Origin: a virus
Lineage: Duplodnaviria > Heunggongvirae > Uroviricota > Caudoviricetes
Virus record (IMG/VR): IMGVR_UViG_3300028048_000051
Span: 1-47,842 of that record
DNA length: 47,842 bases
Direction: 5' to 3' (one strand)
Under the pieces are notes generated by a model. The model was not told the origin of the DNA, did not search any database, and saw only the letters and a program-made list of their open reading frames with translations. Position 1 is the first letter of the stretch. Every line of letters starts with the position of its first letter. A program made the translations under genes and the position numbers. Below are positions 45,058 through 47,842 of the stretch, in pieces.

Positions 45058-46917
45058 ATGGTCACTACCATCGGCAGGGAGATCATCCGGGCCAAACTCC
45101 CGGATAAGTACAAACACTACTGCGACGCCCCTCTCACGAAGGGCGCCGTAGAATCGCTTTGTACTGAGATGGCCAAGGATGACCCCGATCGTTACATCGA
45201 CATACTACAGGATCTGAACAACATCGGTGAAGCGGTTGTCTCAACCTACGGACGGGACACTGCGCTGTCGCTGGACGACCTGCGTCCCGGTAAGCAGGTG
45301 CGGGCCTATAATCAGCAGATCAAATCCATCGTCAAAGCCATCCTCAATAACGACTCTCTGACCGAGGAACAGAAAGAACAACGCATCCGAGAGATCGGAT
45401 ATAAGTATGCCGATAAAATCCAGAAGATGGTCTTCAAGGATGCCGACGATCGCAAGACCAGTTTGGCTATGCAGATCAATTCCGGCAGCCGCGGCAACAA
45501 AGCACAGTTGATGCAGATGATGTTCGGCAACTGGCTGATGAAGGATGCGCTTGACCGCGATATCCCATATCTGATGGCCGACGGCTATTCGGACGGCGCC
45601 TCTCCGATGGGAAATTGGATGAGCGCTTCCAGTGCCCGCCGCGGCAACTACCTCAAGCAGTTTGCCACCGGTCAGGCAGGATACCTCGGCAAGCAGGTGA
45701 CCAACGTCACGCATGCCACCAATATATCGATGGAAGACTGCGGAACCACCGATACAGGCGTCCCCTTCCCTGCTGATTCCGCCAAGAATGTAGGAGCAGT
45801 ACTGCTCAAACCATTTCACAACCATCCAGCCGGCAGCATCGTTACCGACGAGATGGTGGCTGAGGCAGAGGCTGGTGAGGAGATGATACTTCGCAGTCCC
45901 ATCACCTGCAAGGCCAAGCATGGCATTTGCGCCAGATGCAACGGTTTGGGCGAGAATGGAAGATTCCCGGCCATTGGTGAGTATGTTCCGCTCAATGCCG
46001 CCCGTACCTACGTGGAAAAAATCACGCAAGGCGGACTCAATCAGAAACATGGTGCTGCCCGTACCGGCAAACTCGAAGCGAACAAGCAGGCCGACCCCGA
46101 CGGGAAAGGACAACCTTCCGGATTCCGCAGTGTGGAGCGTATGTTCATCGCACAGGAAAATTTTCCCGGCGGAGCGTTGCTGGCGCAGACAGATGGTATG
46201 GTGACAGGTATCCGCAAGGCCCCGCAGGGCGGACATTATATCTCTGTCGGAACGCAGACGCTTTATGCTCCTGCCGACCGTGAGCTTACGGTAAAGATCG
46301 GAGATAAAGTCGAGGCAGGTGACACGCTAACTGACGGGGTGCCCAACCCCGATGAAGTGACCGATCTGCGTGGTCTCGGTCGCGGACGGAGGTATTTCGT
46401 AAACAAATTGGATGACCTGCTCCGCAAGAACGGCTGGGGTGTTGATCGCAGAAATCTCGAAGCCTTCACCAAGGGCATGATCAACAAGGTCCGCATCACC
46501 GACGACGATGGGTACGGCAACTGGTTGCCTGGTGACGTGGCTGACTACGATGATATCGCCTCTACCTGGAAACCACACGATGATGCGATAAGGACCAGCC
46601 CAGATAAAGCGATAAACAAGTACCTCGAAGCTCCGGTATTGTATTACAACATCGGAACGCGCATCACCCCATCCGTAGCAAAGGAATTGAAGAAATATCA
46701 ATTCAACGATGTTTTGGTGTCGGATCACGAGCCTCCCTTCAAATCAGAATTCATGCGACCGGCAGAAGCACTGCAGAATGACAAAAACTGGCTGCCGCGT
46801 TTCAATGGCGAACGCCTTCAGGATGCACTTTTCGATGCCGCACGCAGAAATCTGAGTGATCCGTATGACTCTCCGAGTTTTGTGGACAAGATAATCACAG
46901 CTCCATATAAGCAATAA
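45058..46917 (+). CDS. Phage RNA polymerase beta' subunit, C-terminal piece
   Basis: INSGSRGN..QL.QM, bridge helix ARRG..K..TGQAGYL, EDCGT, RSPITC..GICARC zinc site, trigger-loop region TQGGLNQKHG. Confidence 0.92.
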   Translation: MVTTIGREIIRAKLPDKYKHYCDAPLTKGAVESLCTEMAKDDPDRYIDILQDLNNIGEAVVSTYGRDTALSLDDLRPGKQVRAYNQQIKSIVKAILNNDSLTEEQKEQRIREIGYKYADKIQKMVFKDADDRKTSLAMQINSGSRGNKAQLMQMMFGNWLMKDALDRDIPYLMADGYSDGASPMGNWMSASSARRGNYLKQFATGQAGYLGKQVTNVTHATNISMEDCGTTDTGVPFPADSAKNVGAVLLKPFHNHPAGSIVTDEMVAEAEAGEEMILRSPITCKAKHGICARCNGLGENGRFPAIGEYVPLNAARTYVEKITQGGLNQKHGAARTGKLEANKQADPDGKGQPSGFRSVERMFIAQENFPGGALLAQTDGMVTGIRKAPQGGHYISVGTQTLYAPADRELTVKIGDKVEAGDTLTDGVPNPDEVTDLRGLGRGRRYFVNKLDDLLRKNGWGVDRRNLEAFTKGMINKVRITDDDGYGNWLPGDVADYDDIASTWKPHDDAIRTSPDKAINKYLEAPVLYYNIGTRITPSVAKELKKYQFNDVLVSDHEPPFKSEFMRPAEALQNDKNWLPRFNGERLQDALFDAARRNLSDPYDSPSFVDKIITAPYKQ

Positions 46918-46928
46918 GGACTTCAACT

Positions 46929-47842
46929 ATGCAGGAATTGATCGTCAAACCCGGTCTGTACAAACAAGCCGCTCCCGAGGACGGGCCGTCTTTTGAGCAA
47001 CAATTCGGCATTCTCAGCAATGCCGTGGTAGTGGATAAGTTTCCACAGCTCGATGCCGCAAAACTGGCCTTCCAGTTGATTGAAAAGGATGACGAGACAC
47101 AAGACGCCTGCGGAGCGGTGGTTTATCTGCTGGGCAAAAACGTCATTTTCGTGCCGTCATTTTACAAAAAAGGCAAGTTGAAATCCGGTGATATGTTCTA
47201 CATCGCCGAGACTCAGCAATTCCTGCCGCTTTCCGATCCATGGTTGGCCTACATCAAGAATAAAGATATCGACTCGGCCGGGAAATTGGTAGATCCGTCC
47301 GATGTCCAAAACACTCCCACCTCGTTGGAAAACACCAATCTGCGCACTCTCGACAATCCACTTACCAAGAGTTCTTCGTTGATCTGGGACAAGGAGAAAT
47401 TCCTCGAGTGTCAGAAGCAGTTGAAGACTGCAAGTGCGCAGTTCCAGGCACTGCTTAAATCCGCGGATCTTAAGCAGTATCAACCGACCGACAGTATCTT
47501 CGACGCCGCCTTGACACTCGGCAAGCAGGCGTCCGAGGCGATGATCGACAATCTTATCCATGATCCTCGGGTGATGAATGCAACACTGCATTTCTACACC
47601 GGTGAGGACATGGACAAATTCGCCCATGACGCTGAAACCAAGTTTCAGGAACCACCTCCGGCAGTTGAACTCATCATGCCGTTTGACAAGTCCGCATCGA
47701 CACTGACTGCGCAGGAATTGAATGCACTGCATCGCGATGGTTATTTCATCCGCAAACAGGCAGCCGAGGACGGCAAGACTCCCGATGTACTACACAAGAA
47801 GAATCTGCACAACATGTTCACCACGCTCTCCGAGCCGGGCAT
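46929..47842 (+). CDS. Large head-module protein (partial; runs off the window)
   Basis: Open frame from ATG 46929 (MQELIVKPGLYKQAAPEDGPSFEQQFG..) to the end; six K-x-A motifs. Confidence 0.8.
   Translation, partial: MQELIVKPGLYKQAAPEDGPSFEQQFGILSNAVVVDKFPQLDAAKLAFQLIEKDDETQDACGAVVYLLGKNVIFVPSFYKKGKLKSGDMFYIAETQQFLPLSDPWLAYIKNKDIDSAGKLVDPSDVQNTPTSLENTNLRTLDNPLTKSSSLIWDKEKFLECQKQLKTASAQFQALLKSADLKQYQPTDSIFDAALTLGKQASEAMIDNLIHDPRVMNATLHFYTGEDMDKFAHDAETKFQEPPPAVELIMPFDKSASTLTAQELNALHRDGYFIRKQAAEDGKTPDVLHKKNLHNMFTTLSEPG

Noticed and set aside
36824-46917. Host rpoBC operon or pseudogenised rpoB/rpoC
   Set aside because: No ribosomal-protein neighbours, phage context, clean gene starts and intact catalytic Asp/Lys residues

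Overview
A 47.8-kb piece of a large tailed phage or prophage in the standard genetic code. Left to right it carries: (1) a tyrosine integrase and an excisionase-like HTH gene; (2) a Ser/Gly-rich tail/receptor-binding region with two paralogous three-gene cassettes (adaptor, AIDA-like beta-helix, chaperone-like); (3) a lysis-like cassette with a holin, lipoproteins and a patatin phospholipase but no recognisable endolysin; (4) a Zn-finger plus tandem metallophosphoesterase gene; (5) a ~6-kb array of about 26 tRNAs plus 2 tRNA-like relics, interspersed with a mini-kinase, a Tad2/DUF2829 protein and several structured non-coding RNAs; (6) a probable portal gene; (7) a head/core module in which a phage-encoded multisubunit RNA polymerase is split into three genes (beta-N; beta-C fused to beta'-N with an intein; beta'-C). 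These RNAP genes alternate with membrane-helix proteins that share a recurrent K-x-A/G motif. The most unusual signals are two homologous ~300-nt ncRNAs with shuffled module order, the three-piece RNAP plus K-x-A protein system, atypical tRNAs (one 8/4 tRNA-Sec-like, one lacking the anticodon arm, several with remodelled elbows) and a dispersed 22-25 bp quasi-palindrome. All calls come from reading motifs by eye; no database searches were run.
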